Source: the human T2T-CHM13v2.0 reference genome, Homo sapiens. From it: a stretch of DNA of 64,000 bases. The stretch lies in assembly GCF_009914755.1 (NCBI RefSeq), contig NC_060926.1; one strand, given 5' to 3'. Positions 1 to 13,019 of the stretch are shown piece after piece (position 1 is the first letter of the stretch; each line of letters starts with the position of its first letter). The position numbers and the translations under genes are program-made. Below the pieces are notes generated by a model. The model was not told the origin of the DNA, did no database searches, and was given only the letters and a program-made list of their open reading frames with translations.

Positions 1-774
1 GTATAAAAATTAAACTTTTAATTTTAAGAGGGATATAAGATTAATAGGAGGGAGATGCACAGCTATGAAAGGATCCTTTTCTCTCAATGTTTCACACAGA
101 TAATATAATCTATGTTTTCATACTAAAGTTGAGGGTGTCAAACTGAATAGAGAGTTAGTGATATGTGAATATAGAGATCTGTAAGTATATCTCCAGTGTA
201 ACTCACTTCACCAGCTTGAGGAATAATTAAAGACTCATTTCTTTTCAATATTTAAATAAATTTTCCAAGTAACTGGAAAGGCACCCATTACATTTTAGTG
301 TGTTTCCTCTCTTAAAAAGTTCATGAACACCTAGAGCTTATTTAGTCTGAAGAAACCTGTCCTGCTTTCATATGTGAAGGAGAAAGACAACTGGAGAAAC
401 TGATCTGCCACCCATGGGCCCAGTTTTCTGTGTTCTGCTGTGTCTATTTTGATCATAACATACACATCCCTAATGAAAACTGGTCCAACACAATTTGAAG
501 TGCCCTTGTTCACCGCTATAGTGATGCTTTACCAGATGTAGGGAGGTTGATTCCACCACCTCATGATTTCTGCACTTTGGATTAATCAAGAAATATCCAG
601 ATTTGGGATTCCAAGCTTATAGAAGTTTACAGATGTTAGCTGACTTCTGTTGCCCTTTTATCGTTTCCATAGTTGACTTCTGGCTTCAGCTGTATACTAG
701 ATGGTAACATCTGAATCTACAGGTGGATTCTGATTGGCTTATAAAGTGTTAGTGTATAGAGTGGACACCGTTTA

Positions 775-1155
<381 letters not shown>

Positions 1156-1319
1156 TTACATTCCTACAAGGGGGTGGGGGAGCAGCTGCTTTCTCGCCAG
1201 GGTCTTGCCACACTCACTCCCTTCACTTGTTTTTGTTACCTAGGCACTTGTGATTGCAGCTCATCTGGCGCTTGGTGTTGAATGTAGGTCTTTAAGTCGT
1301 GCTGTCCTTTCCCTCACGT

Positions 1320-2121
1320 CAGTAATTCTCAAAGTGTGACTGGGGAGTTTGGAAATCCTAAGATTCTTTCAGAGATATCTATGAGATCAAAAGTATTTTC
1401 ATAATAATAATAAAAGATATTACTCAACTTTTTCATTTTCATTCTCTCACAAAAAAGCACAGTTTAAATTTTGTACTGTGTATTTGAAAGATCTGCATAA
1501 TTCAGTGGACCAATATTTTTCAAATCATCAACGCATGATTTTACAAAATCATGCATAGTTAAAAGATTTATTCAAAATGTGTGATAGACTAATTGGTATT
1601 GATGCAAATGAGTATAACAAATCCATCGATATTGTTTTAGGTTCCATATTGGAATCTAACTCATCTTAAAGAAACTACCACTTGTCAAGTTTTGGTATAT
1701 TAAATAATATAAAAACTATGTTGAAGAAAGTTTAAACTATCCCTCCATTTTTCAACTACCTATCTGTGTGAGATTGAGTTTTCTTTACATACTTCACCCA
1801 AAATAACACATCTTAACAGACTGAATGCAGAAACAGATATAAGAATCCAGTCTTTTTTTACTGTCAGATGTTAATTTGTAAAATGTAAAGAATATTTTTT
1901 ACTTTAAACATTATAGTCTTAATAAAATATGCAATTTATATAAATAAGGATTAAGGATAAGCATTATTTTATTTAGTACATATTTTAAAAATATCTGTAT
2001 TTTTATTATTAATGTGATAAATGTTGAAAGATATAATTCATATAATCAACAGCTCTTGAGGGGGCATTGATAATTTTAAGAGTGTAAATGGGTCCTGAGG
2101 CCACATATGTGAGAATCAGTG
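1320..2121 (+). mobile_element. hAT-Charlie DNA transposon, Charlie1a/1b-like
   Basis: TIR-like ends CAGTAATTCTCAAAGTGTG and GAGAATCAGTG. Internal Charlie1 motifs AACAGACTGAATGCAGAAACAGATATAAGAATCCAG and TAATTTTAAGAGTGTAAATGGGTCCTGAG. Confidence 0.85.
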
Positions 2122-4009
2122 CCAGAACTCCTTCGGAATTCGGTCATTGTCACTGCATTTAATCAGGAGGATGGAGGCAGAGCCCCACGGACACCTTCTC
2201 TCAGGAGTCCTGGATTTACACAAATATGTCCATTTTTGATGGACTGGCTCTGTGAGGGGTATTAGGATCCAGTCACAAATGGCTCTTTTATGACATATCT
2301 TTCCCACCTGGGGGTGCCTGCTTAATGTGCTTTTATTTGCATAAGCAAGATGTCACAAGTAAGGGAGTGATATTTGGAGACAAAAATATCGTGTCCTAAA
2401 TAGAAAATACTTAAAAGGTAGCTTCTTTCCATGAAGTTCCACCTGACTGGGCTCCCTGCTGCTCATCAAACTTGCTAATGGCAACATAAGCTACTAAGAA
2501 AAACTGAACCAAAATCAAAATTACTGACTTCAGGTCAGCAAAGAAAATATCGCTTACAGCTGGCAATGTTAATGCCTATGTGGGCAAATACTAATTTTTC
2601 AAATATATATTGATGAATTGTCAACTATTAACTCAAGGCAATCATTTGTACTATGCAAATTATAGATATGTTCACATTTCCATTTATGCAAGCATATCTA
2701 AAATTACATATATGAATATCTCTCATAATTTACAGAACTACTTAGGAAGATAAAATTTTTGTGTATTTGGTTATATGATTTTTATTATTTGACAGTATAA
2801 ATTATATATATTTAACTTATGTGTTTATATATAATATTTTATAAAACTGACTTTAAATATCATAAACTTTCTTATTGCTCTGACTTAAGATATAGCATTA
2901 AAAAATACTTGCCAAACAAAAAGCTTTATATTTTATTGATACATCACAATTATATACCCAGAGTTCTGATTGAAAGGGAATCTTAAAACTTGTTTTCACA
3001 AAGCAAAAATTGGGTAAAGAAAATATAATCTGCTGTTAATAGTTATAACTTTGCCCTAAGCACTAGCTAATTTTTGTGTCATATGTATGATTTAAGGTTA
3101 GATTGCAAGTTTAGTTGCTTGTGAAGTTCCCTGTGTTCAGAATCTCTTTCTAGTTTGTTTATTACTTTACATATCTGTTCATTTAGATAATTATCTGACA
3201 CCTGCTCATGGCAGATTGTTTTGACAGATTTTATTGGCTGAGATCAGTTTGTCACCTGCCATCTGTCCAGTAAAGGTGAGTTCAACAAGCTGGTAATTTT
3301 TGGACCATTATAAAATATCATTTCTTATGAGTTATATTTTATAATTTTTTCCTAGTCTTAAGAAGGTGTTGAACAGAAAAAAAGTTATTGACACATATTA
3401 TGAGATACAGTATCTTTAGTCTTTATCAGATATATTTCTTTGTCAGAAATGGCGACTTCAACATTATTTGGATTTAATCAGAAATATTTGATATTGAAAG
3501 AAAATGTTGTTTTAAATTAGGTATTTAATTTGGTTTGGCATCCTGAACAGTTTTAAATAGCATTATTTCCTTTTCCCTTTTGGTTGTATTTTTGACACTT
3601 TAGCAATCTAGAAATACCTCAAATTAAAGTGAATCTTTTAAAGCACATATACAATATTGTTTATATAATAATGGAATTAGAGTATCTCTATTATTATAGA
3701 CCTTTTGAATCCATACAAAGCAAACAACATTCAATGAGAGGAAGGAGAATAAGTAACTCAGTGTCTGATTGCAATAAAGAAAACCGTTTTTAAGCAGCAG
3801 TGATAATTATTTGAGGTTATTTTTGAAATGAGAATTTAAAGAAAACTTGAAAGCCAATTATAAAATTCATGTAAAATAAATAAAAAAATCAATAGGTTCT
3901 GTTTCTTAGAGTGGGCCAATATTCCTATTTTTTTAATCAAAAGAGTAATTAATTCTAGTGGAAGAAACAATGGTAAATTTACTTTCTTTTTTTTTCTACT
4001 TTTGTAATT

Positions 4010-4110
4010 ATTTAACTACCATTACCTGAACACTTACCATATGTCAGGCGCTGAGGATATGGTATTCAGCAAGATAGATCTAGCCTTAGCCCTTCTCAGA
4101 CCGTGTAAGG
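4010..4110 (-). mobile_element. L2 3'-end fragment
   Basis: TGAACACTTACCATATGTCAGGCGCTGAGGATATGG resembles the reverse complement of the L2 tail. Confidence 0.55.
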
Positions 4111-5914
4111 TCTAGCTTATATAGTTGTCCTAAAGTAGCCTGGCTATGTATGTCCTCTCACCCACGCCTCTAACGATTGCTATTTGAAAATGCACCTTCT
4201 TTGTAACCACATGAATTGACCAACAGCAATGTGAAACCCGTGTTGGAAGCAAAATTAGAACATCTTGAGACACTTAAAAATGTATCCAGTGGCTTGCGAA
4301 GTGACCTGTACTTTGGATGTATATTTATTAGCGGGGAGAGGGCCAGGGTTTTTGCTACCCTTGTAAATTCTCCCTAGTTATCTGGCATGATAGGAATTTT
4401 TAACAGACTGCTCTGAGAAATGAGTCCAACACTGGTTTAGAGTATGCTATTGGACTTTGGGGAGTTTAAAAAAAAAAAAAGAAGGAACAGGGCAAGGCAA
4501 GTCCTTACAGACCTTCTGGGATAATGGGAAGACAGCACCAACATAAATATATGGATATAAACACAAGTGACTCCAAGAAATAAATATACACAATCAACCG
4601 CTGGACCAAAGGCTTTCTCAAGGGCCTCTTTGTGCTATATGATCTCATGATTTGTTGAAGCATTGCTTTCTAGAGGAATATACAAAAATCTTAGAGCTCC
4701 AAGAGGCATGAAGTTTGAATAACTGGGAATCCTCAGAGCCTCTGTGGAAAGGCTTCATCAAAGAATTAAGCCTTAGGTCATACGTATCAGACACACAGCA
4801 TCACACTCATCAGAAGCACAGCCAAATTGCCACCATGTCGACATGCTGCCAAAGTATTTAGCCGAAGAATGAGAAATACAACCAACTGGGCCATTGTCTA
4901 CATGGCATGGAAGAATTGCTTAACTAATTTTTTTGATTGATGTGACCAGTTGTTTTGGCACCATGTCAAGACTGCATCATACACAAGTGCCCTGCATGAG
5001 TCATTGCAGATTCCAAAGATGCTCAGATTCCAATCTGGCTACATTCTGAAAACTAGGATTAGAGATATTTTTCCAATAAATCTGTTAACTTATTTCTGAT
5101 CTAGCCAATAACAAGAATTTTGTTTCTTTATTTTAAGAGATGATTTATCTTTAAAATGTAAGCCGCAACCTCATTGCTTATTTTACAACTATATATGGAA
5201 GAAAAATTGCAGAAAATTTTGTGCTGTACACTAAAAAGTAATTTTATCAGAATAAACTGCTATTTTTTCTAATAAACAACATGATGTAAAATAAGTTGAA
5301 TGATGGCAAATTCTCCTTGAAGTAACACTTGGGGACCATGAGGGGAACTGAGTGTGGGAATAGCTATACCACATGAAACAGAGGTCATAAATACAAGTAC
5401 ATACCATAAGTAACTTCAGTTCACTTTAAATAGCACACATTTGAAGTAAACTCAGAAAACAAAGGTAATTTTAATCTTCATGTCTAAAGAGTTCAAATAG
5501 AAAGAAATAAGTAGATACAAACATGAGAATCATGCCTGTTAGGAAAGCCAGACAAGTTAGAATAAGAGAATTCAAGTGCAGGAACAGAAGATGATTTGCA
5601 GAGGAAGGCAGCCTCAGTTGGTCACGTTTACCTTGGCCTTAGGTGAGGGTAGAGGTGTTAACCACACCAAACTGACTTAGAAGGAAAGGAGTATATTTGG
5701 TGTGTACTAAACGTAGTCTTTAATTGGAGGGGAGCACGTTCTTCTGATCTCCAATAATTGCTCCATAAAAAAGATATTGGTGATAAAGAAAACATATTAA
5801 TCAGCGGTATACATGCTAAAATTTTTAACATAGTAGACTATCTATGGAAATGAGATTAGGAAATCTGACTTAATGTCAGATTTGTCCGTTGAGGAACCTA
5901 AGTTGATCATTCAG

Positions 5915-6045
5915 TGCACTTCTGTCATTGTTTACCTGGGAAAACTGAGACTCAGGGAGACCAATGATCTTGTCTACCTTCACATGATGGCAGAGGGAGG
6001 AAAGGGCATAAGACTCTAGGGATCTGGCCAAGTGCTCTTTCTGTT
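5915..6045 (-). mobile_element. MIR fragment
   Basis: GGAAAACTGAGACTCAGGGAG core motif followed by CCAAGTGCTCTTTC. Confidence 0.6.
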
Positions 6046-7300
6046 AGTTACATGCAAACATGCTAACAGTCAAAGTGGACTTTCAACTGTTGATTTTTGG
6101 CATTAGAATAACAGAGAATTTTAGGTTCTGTATTCTGTATGTAAGGCACCACTTTCTTTGGTCATTTTTTGCTATTAATTTTAAACACTCTTGGAATTTC
6201 TGGGTTTCTTGTATAAACTTGGAAGTTTATATTAGACAGGATTTGAAAATAGGTGTAAAGAAGATCTTTCAAAATGAAGCATAGCATCTCTTTATTTAGA
6301 CTGACACTGGTTCTAGCACTAACAACGGGTTCTTAGTAGTGAATTACCTAGTTCTCTCTTCTTTCAGTTAATTTCTAAAAGGCTTTCTCTTGTTCACTGT
6401 TTTTTCCTCACTCAGATTGCTGTTCTTCCAATGCCTTCCCCTCTTTGCCATACATAAGTTCAAACAGCAGGCTGGCTAAATTTTAATGATGGTACAGCCA
6501 CCAATCTACAAAAAGAGGATATATGACCAAGAAGGTCTCTTCATTAACTTCCGAAAACATCAAAGCCATAGTTTAATAGTTTATTTTTCCAGTTTGAAGG
6601 CAAAAAACTGATAAAGACAGAGACGTTCCTTCCCATAAGTAACTATTTTGTAAATGGAGTTAACACTGAACTATCCTAACGCCTATAGGTGGATGAAAAT
6701 TCTGCCAGGTTCAATAATATAAGACAATCTGAAGTGATCAAGAAAGGTAGTTCCACAGTAGTGGAAATAGCTGGATTTTGTACTAATGCCAGATATTTTC
6801 TGATTTTTTTCTCGAGAATAAAAGTATAAATGACCTAAAACACCTTAATACTAATTATTCAGAACATATCTAATATAATTACCAGAGTTGGGTTTTTATA
6901 CTGCATGATCCATGGAGAGTTACATCTTTTTTTCTGCCTGGGACTCCTCTTTTCTCACTTTTAGTTACTGCTCTGCCAATTGTTACTTCTTTGGGTGCAA
7001 TATAAAGACCTGATTTTCAACGTTTCCACTCAATCCTTGACTTAGGGAATTGAAGTATTTTAAATTGTGTTGGTTTCTTTGCTGTTTGCTTTTAATATTT
7101 CCTTACAAAGTGACAAATTCTCTACATTGGAAATGCAAATATGTATTTTAAAATAATATGTTACATAAACATCTTGTGACTAAAAACTAAAAATAATGCG
7201 TTATGGTAACGTTTGTTTAGTAGGAAACATAATTGGTAGGAAGAGGGAAGTCATGTACATGGTAAATATCAAGTAAATGATATTTAAGAGTTTGTGTTAG

Positions 7301-7356
7301 TATATATATATATACACATATTATATATATATATATAAATATATATATACACATAT

Positions 7357-7390
<34 letters not shown>
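7301..7390. repeat. (TA)n microsatellite containing a duplicated TATACACATATTATATA...AAA unit
   Basis: Directly visible in the sequence. Confidence 0.97.
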
Positions 7391-8847
7391 CTGGTAAAAA
7401 AAGAATTGATTTTGTTTTTATTTAAAGTTTCAAAAACCTGATTTCACTATATTTTATGTTCCCATTATGACCATTATTTTATTCCATTTATTCAGAAGCA
7501 TTTGGGATACCTCGTGGGCACAGGGTGCTATACTGGGTGCTATAAGGATATGTCATTGAAATTAACTTACAGTTTACTCAAGACCAGAATAAGACAGACA
7601 GGGCAAGTGCTGCATGTAAAGGGCAGATTTTCATCATTCAGTCGGATAAAAACTTGGCCTCTTGACTCACATTCTTCCCTAGGTGAAGAGAGTTGATTTA
7701 TCTCAATAGTGAATTGGAAATTGGAAAGAAGCTACAACGTACCTTAATTCCAATTGTTTCTTTATTTATTTTGGAATTTAGGCATTTCACTGGAGAAAGC
7801 ACCTACTGGGAGAAGGGTGGTGGGGGAGGAAAAAGCTTGTAAATGTGATACAGTGAATTTAATACAGAGGTGAAGTAATAAACCCACCAGCATTGTTCTC
7901 TGCAATCACCTGTAATTAGTAATATAGATGACAATTTCAGGTTTATTTGGCTGAACCCCCAAAATTATAAAAATAATATAAAATAAGAGGGAAAGTTATT
8001 AGTGAGGTTAAAGGAACTTAAATAAAAGATTATAGTGACAGGAAAAGACAGTGTACTTCTGATGGAGATGCTCATAAGAACTTCATGGAGGGAGTAGCCT
8101 ATGACTTGAACTTGGAAGAGTCAATAAAATTTAGACATGAAGATTAGAGAATGATAAGGGTGAAAATACAGAAGTGAGGAAGTATGAAAAGTATGCAGGA
8201 AATACCAGAAAAACAAGCAAAGAAATTTGACAAGCGCACTGTGTTTGTAAAATTATTTGAACAAACTTCAGCAGTTTTGGTCTCTTAGGAAATGGCAACT
8301 CCATCCTTCCAGTTGCTCAGGTCAAAAAAAAGGAGTCATCTTTGACTTCTTTTTTTCTCATATAACCCACATCCAACCTGTCAGCAAATCTGTTCATTCT
8401 AACTTCAAAACAGACCCAGAATCCAATTTTTTCTCAATCTCTCTATTGGCCTACAACCCAAAGGCTTCTCTTTTCAATCAGAGAAAAAGCTAAAGGCCTT
8501 TTAATGATCTCTCAAACTCTGTACAATCTGGATCCTGTTTTTAGCTTCCTTTCATCTTTGGCAAATCTCCATCCCTGTTTGAATTCTGTCCACACTGTCC
8601 TCTTTCTTTATGTCAACTGGGATATGGCCTAGGGAACTTTACATTGTGGCTCTCTCTGCTTATAACACTCTTCCTCCAGGTGTCTCCATGACTGCTGTCT
8701 TAGCCACTTTAGGCTTGTGCTCAGAGAACACCTTACCAGTGAGGTTGTCTCTGACAACCCTATTTAAATCAGCAGCTCTGGCCCCCATCCCAACTCCAGA
8801 CTCCTTTATTCCTCTTTCCACTTAGCTTGATAGCACTTACCACTAGC

Positions 8848-9230
8848 TGTTTCAAACAGGTTAAATTAAGTTCTGCTGGGGCAGTTAGTGACCCTCAAAC
8901 CCCAGCCTCTTATAACATTCTATATATCCAGATGGGTCAGCTGTGGCTCAGCTGTATATAATTTTCTCCCTTGGTCCCAGGACAATAAATAACCTCTCTA
9001 TGGAACACCACTGGTTGTTTCCACAAAGAAAAATAAAACATTGTTGAACCACAAGCTGGCTCTTAAAGCTTTTTCCTGGAAGTGACAAATATCTTTTCCA
9101 CATACACTTTGTAGTGTTCAAAATGAGAAATACAGTTTGACCTGATGCTAATCAAGTGGTAAAACAGAATTCTTATGCACCATAGTGAGGGGTATTGAAA
9201 TATTTGGCAACCAGTAATAAAATCCACCAC
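8848..9230 (-). mobile_element. Old MaLR solo LTR (MLT1J/K/L-like), nested in L2
   Basis: CTGGCTCTTAAAGCTTTTTCCTGGAAGTGACA and AATATTTGGCAACCAGTAATAAAATCCACCAC resemble old MLT1 LTRs. Confidence 0.65.
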
Positions 9231-9284
9231 TTTATATGCCATAAAATAGTTATTATTTACTTGGATATTATCTGTCTTGCTTTA

Positions 9285-9738
9285 TATCTTGGATGAGCTT
9301 CCTGGAAACATACTCTGAGATAGAGGTTGTGTGCAGAAAGAGAGTGCCCTTTGGAAATTCACATGTATGGAAGTGAGGAAGACAGGATTAGACAAAGGGA
9401 GATGCTGACTTTTAATGTGGTTGCAAACAAAGACTCAATCTACCCTACAGAAAGCTCTGGAGCTTGGCGGACCTTCAGAGTTGTCCAAAATTGAGGTCAG
9501 CACGGCAGGCCTTTGTATTTTCATATCTAATAGCCATTGGTTCCAAGCATCTTCCTAAAACAGGGTGGAAATTTGCCCAGGGAGTTCCCTGCTGTAGAGG
9601 ACACCGCCATTAAGGGTAGAGGAATGAACAGTTAGCCATCCAAAAGTCTCAGCAACTGGGGAGGGCAGGGGTAAGTTGAGTGTGTGTGCTTGGACCAGAA
9701 TATCTTGGTAGAGCATCAGAGCACCAATTGCCTCCACC
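9285..9738 (-). mobile_element. ERVL solo LTR (LTR16-like), nested in L2
   Basis: CCTGGAAACATACTCTGAGATAGAG, GGAAGACAGGATTAGACAAAGGGAGATGCTGA and AGCTCTGGAGCT motifs. Confidence 0.7.
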
Positions 9739-9899
9739 AGAATGAGATGCCCAAGAAGGTTGGGGCTTGCACTTACTTGGTTTATTGCTATAGCCACCAT
9801 GCTTTAAAAGCTCCTGACAAGAGATATGTTCAATATTTGTTGAATGAATAAACGATTAAATGAATAGTTTGGGTGAAATTTTAGGTTAGAAAGGGAGAA

Positions 9900-10230
9900 A
9901 CAATACAAGCAAAGAGGGTCTTCAATAACTACAGAGTTTAAACTTGCAAATAATTTAAATGCTTTGAAATATGTTTCAGGAGTATGGATCAAATGGAAGT
10001 GTGAGCAGTGGATTGAATGTGAGGAGGGATGCTAGGAATGGCTATCAGAAAGCTAGTGTCATACTTCAGGTGGATGAAATGTGAAACTCATGGCATGAGA
10101 TTGAAGGTGGGCAAGGGTGGCCCATGACAGCAGAAGAATGTCTAACAGGAAGACAAATTTGGCAATATGGGAGAGCAGAAAAAGAGAACAAAAGTTGAAA
10201 GATGTCTTGGAAGGTTATGGTCTAGGAAAT
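9900..10230 (-). mobile_element. L2 fragment (probably continuous with about 8040-8250)
   Basis: Purine-rich degenerate L2 antisense sequence. Confidence 0.45.
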
Positions 10231-10549
10231 GAAACAAACAAAGCAAACAAACAAAAAATAAGGAAAAAAGTCCCCCGAGAGGGGAAATGAAGGGCATACT
10301 CTAGTTAACTCTTGGGAAAAAGACACTTGGCAACAGACTTGAGGACAAACTACAAGGTTTGGGGGCAGAAATACATACAATATTGGGGACAGAAATATGT
10401 CCTTTGATTTATGTAGCAGGTAATTTCATATTTTTCTGATTAATAGTATAAGAAATGAATTGTTTTCATCATTTGATTTGTTTGTAGAAAACTAGCTGTC
10501 TTAATTATACCAGTCTTTGGTATCAGATACATACTGCAGAATTTGATTA

Positions 10550-11355
10550 TGATACGGACAGGAGGCAGTGAAAACTAGGCAGGAAAGGGTGGGGTTCCTG
10601 GTGAAGCGCCACTTTCAGGCCTGGACGCACAGTCTAAAGTGGGAACATGCATTCCTGTTTTCCTGCCCAAATGTTGCCTTTTCCAAAACCACCCTGTTCC
10701 CCCCTGCCCCCGCCCCCATCCTATACCCTTAAAAACCCCAGGCCCTACCAGTGGAGAGGCAGAGTGGCAGAGAAGGAGAGAATAAGCAGCTCAATGTCAG
10801 AGAGAAGCAGCTTAACTTCAGGGGGATGGCTTGATAGTGGGACTTCAGAGAAGAGTTTGGCTGGTAACAGCCGAACTCCAGGGGAAGACCACCTTCCCAT
10901 TCTATCCTCTTTCCAGCTCCCCATCCTGCTGAGAGCCACTTCTATTGCTCAGTAAAATCCTCCACATTCACCACTCTTCAATTCATTCATGTGACCTGAC
11001 TCTTCCTGGATGCTGGCAAGAACTTGGGTACCAAAAGGGTGGGTGCAAAAGGCTGTCACCCTGACCTTCCACTGAGCTGTTAAACACTTAAGCTGTCCAT
11101 AGACAGCAAAGCTAAAAGAATACACTGTAACCCTTGCCCTCTGGGGCTCCAGGGGTCATGGGTACCCCCCAGCCCAGACACTGGCACGAGGCCACATGGA
11201 GTTCTCCTGCCAGCAGCCAGAAGCACTTGTCCCAGCCCCTGCACCCACTCACCTGCATGCTCCCCATCCCATGAGGGGTTGAGAGCTGTGGGCAGAGTAA
11301 GCAAGCCGCCTCTTCACGAGTACCATGAAGTGGTCAAGGGAACTATTCCATTTAA
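10550..11355 (+). mobile_element. ERV1 solo LTR, LTR1 family
   Basis: Starts TGATACGGACAGGAGGCAG. Contains GAACTCCAGGGGAAGACCACCTTCCC and CCACTGAGCTGTTAAACACTTAAGCTGTCC. Ends CAAGGGAACTATTCCATTTAA. Confidence 0.9.
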
Positions 11356-12233
11356 TTTGTTTGAAATATAAATACATGAAGCATCTCGATTACTTAGAAA
11401 TTATCAATTACCACTGGCTGGCAATCTAATGAGACAGTACATATTGTTGAGGGGATCTGACCATGGCTTTCATATATAAAATCAATTCTTTTTTTTTCTT
11501 TTTTTTTGTTTTTGAAAACTTTATTTCAACTTAACTGTGCTTACTAGAAATGCCCTCATATTGGTTAATAGAATGTGATTTAAGTTTAATTTATCTTACA
11601 CAATTTGAACCAAAAACTTGGTACGTGGTGTAGGATTTTTAAAAAGGATTTGCAATCTGGTTTATTTTTATCTATTACAAATATATAAGAGATCCTTCCT
11701 CAAATGCTGCTAAAGAAGGCAGCAAGAACCTTGAGAAATTTACCACTGGTTTGCCTCAGAAAACTAATACATGTTGCACTGCGTAAGTTTATAAAATTGG
11801 TGCAACAAAACATTGTTGTAATGTTTCAATGCCAGTTTAGAAAGTTTAATAACTAATGGATATGGAAGCGGCTGAGAAGGAGCCTATGTACACGTGTGAA
11901 ACTATAAAAGTTATGTGATTTAATGTTGCATGTAGATTGTACATTCATACAAACCAAGATTCAGATAATTTTTTATATCTGAATTAACACTATTTGTTCA
12001 CTTCACCTGCTGAGGTCAACGAGGAAACTGGACCTACTAGCTATAAGTTTTTCTGACTTATGCAAAAAAGAAAAGTTAGTTTATTTGTTAGTCTTTCAGT
12101 CCAGAAGTGACAGTCCACTACAGGCAAGGTATTCCTTCCATTGTCGATATGTATAGGGTGACATGCAATGAGGTTTACTTGTGTTTTAATTTGTATCTAC
12201 ACTCATATGCAAATCAGTCTCCAAAGTTAATGA

Positions 12234-12554
<321 letters not shown>

Positions 12555-12585
12555 AATGACCACATGACTTAAGAAGTGACTCTGA

Positions 12586-12705
12586 TGCTAGATGATGAGT
12601 TAGTGGGTGCAGTGCACCAGCATGGCACATGTATACATATGTAACTAACCTGCACAATGTGCACATGTACCCTAAAACTTAAAGTATAATTAAAAAAAAA
12701 AAAAA
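12586..12705 (+). mobile_element. Extremely 5'-truncated L1, L1PA2-like 3' end plus poly(A)
   Basis: TGCTAGATGATGAGTTAGTGGGTGCAG...CACAATGTGCACATGTACCCTAAAACTTAAAGTATAAT. It carries GAG rather than the L1HS ACA/ACG diagnostic. Perfect 15-bp TSD AAGAAGTGACTCTGA at 12571-12585 and 12706-12720. Confidence 0.95.
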
Positions 12706-13019
12706 AAGAAGTGACTCTGAAAAGTAAAATGGCCCTTTTTAGAAGACTGGAGTGAAATATCCAGTCATAGGTATAAGCCTTGTCAAAAAAAAAAATGCAG
12801 CCCCTTTCTAAGTGTTATTTAAGGATTCAATGAAGTGTTATATGATAAGTCCATTATCTAGCTAAGAGATAGTGCCATTTCCATCAAACTAGATGACTGA
12901 GAACAAATTTACTATAGATGTTCTCCATAGTCAGTGAATGATGCATATGCAATAAACAAACTATAATAAAGGAATTTTTAAATATGAGACTTGTATTTTA
13001 ATATTCACATTCTTGTTCC

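Larger units (their letters stand above)
8285..9865 (+). mobile_element. L2 3' region interrupted by two LTR insertions
   Basis: AATGGCAACTCCATCCTTCCAGTTGCTCAGG...CCCACATCCAA body. Tail TTCAATATTTGTTGAATGAATAAA at about 9830-9865. Confidence 0.8.

Noticed and set aside
4834-4845. Palindrome CATGTCGACATG as a possible p53 site
   Set aside because: The flanks do not fit RRRCWWGYYY half-sites, and 12-bp palindromes are common.
5861-5883. Perfect 9-bp inverted repeat AAATCTGAC/GTCAGATTT
   Set aside because: A few stems of this size are expected by chance in 64 kb of AT-rich DNA.
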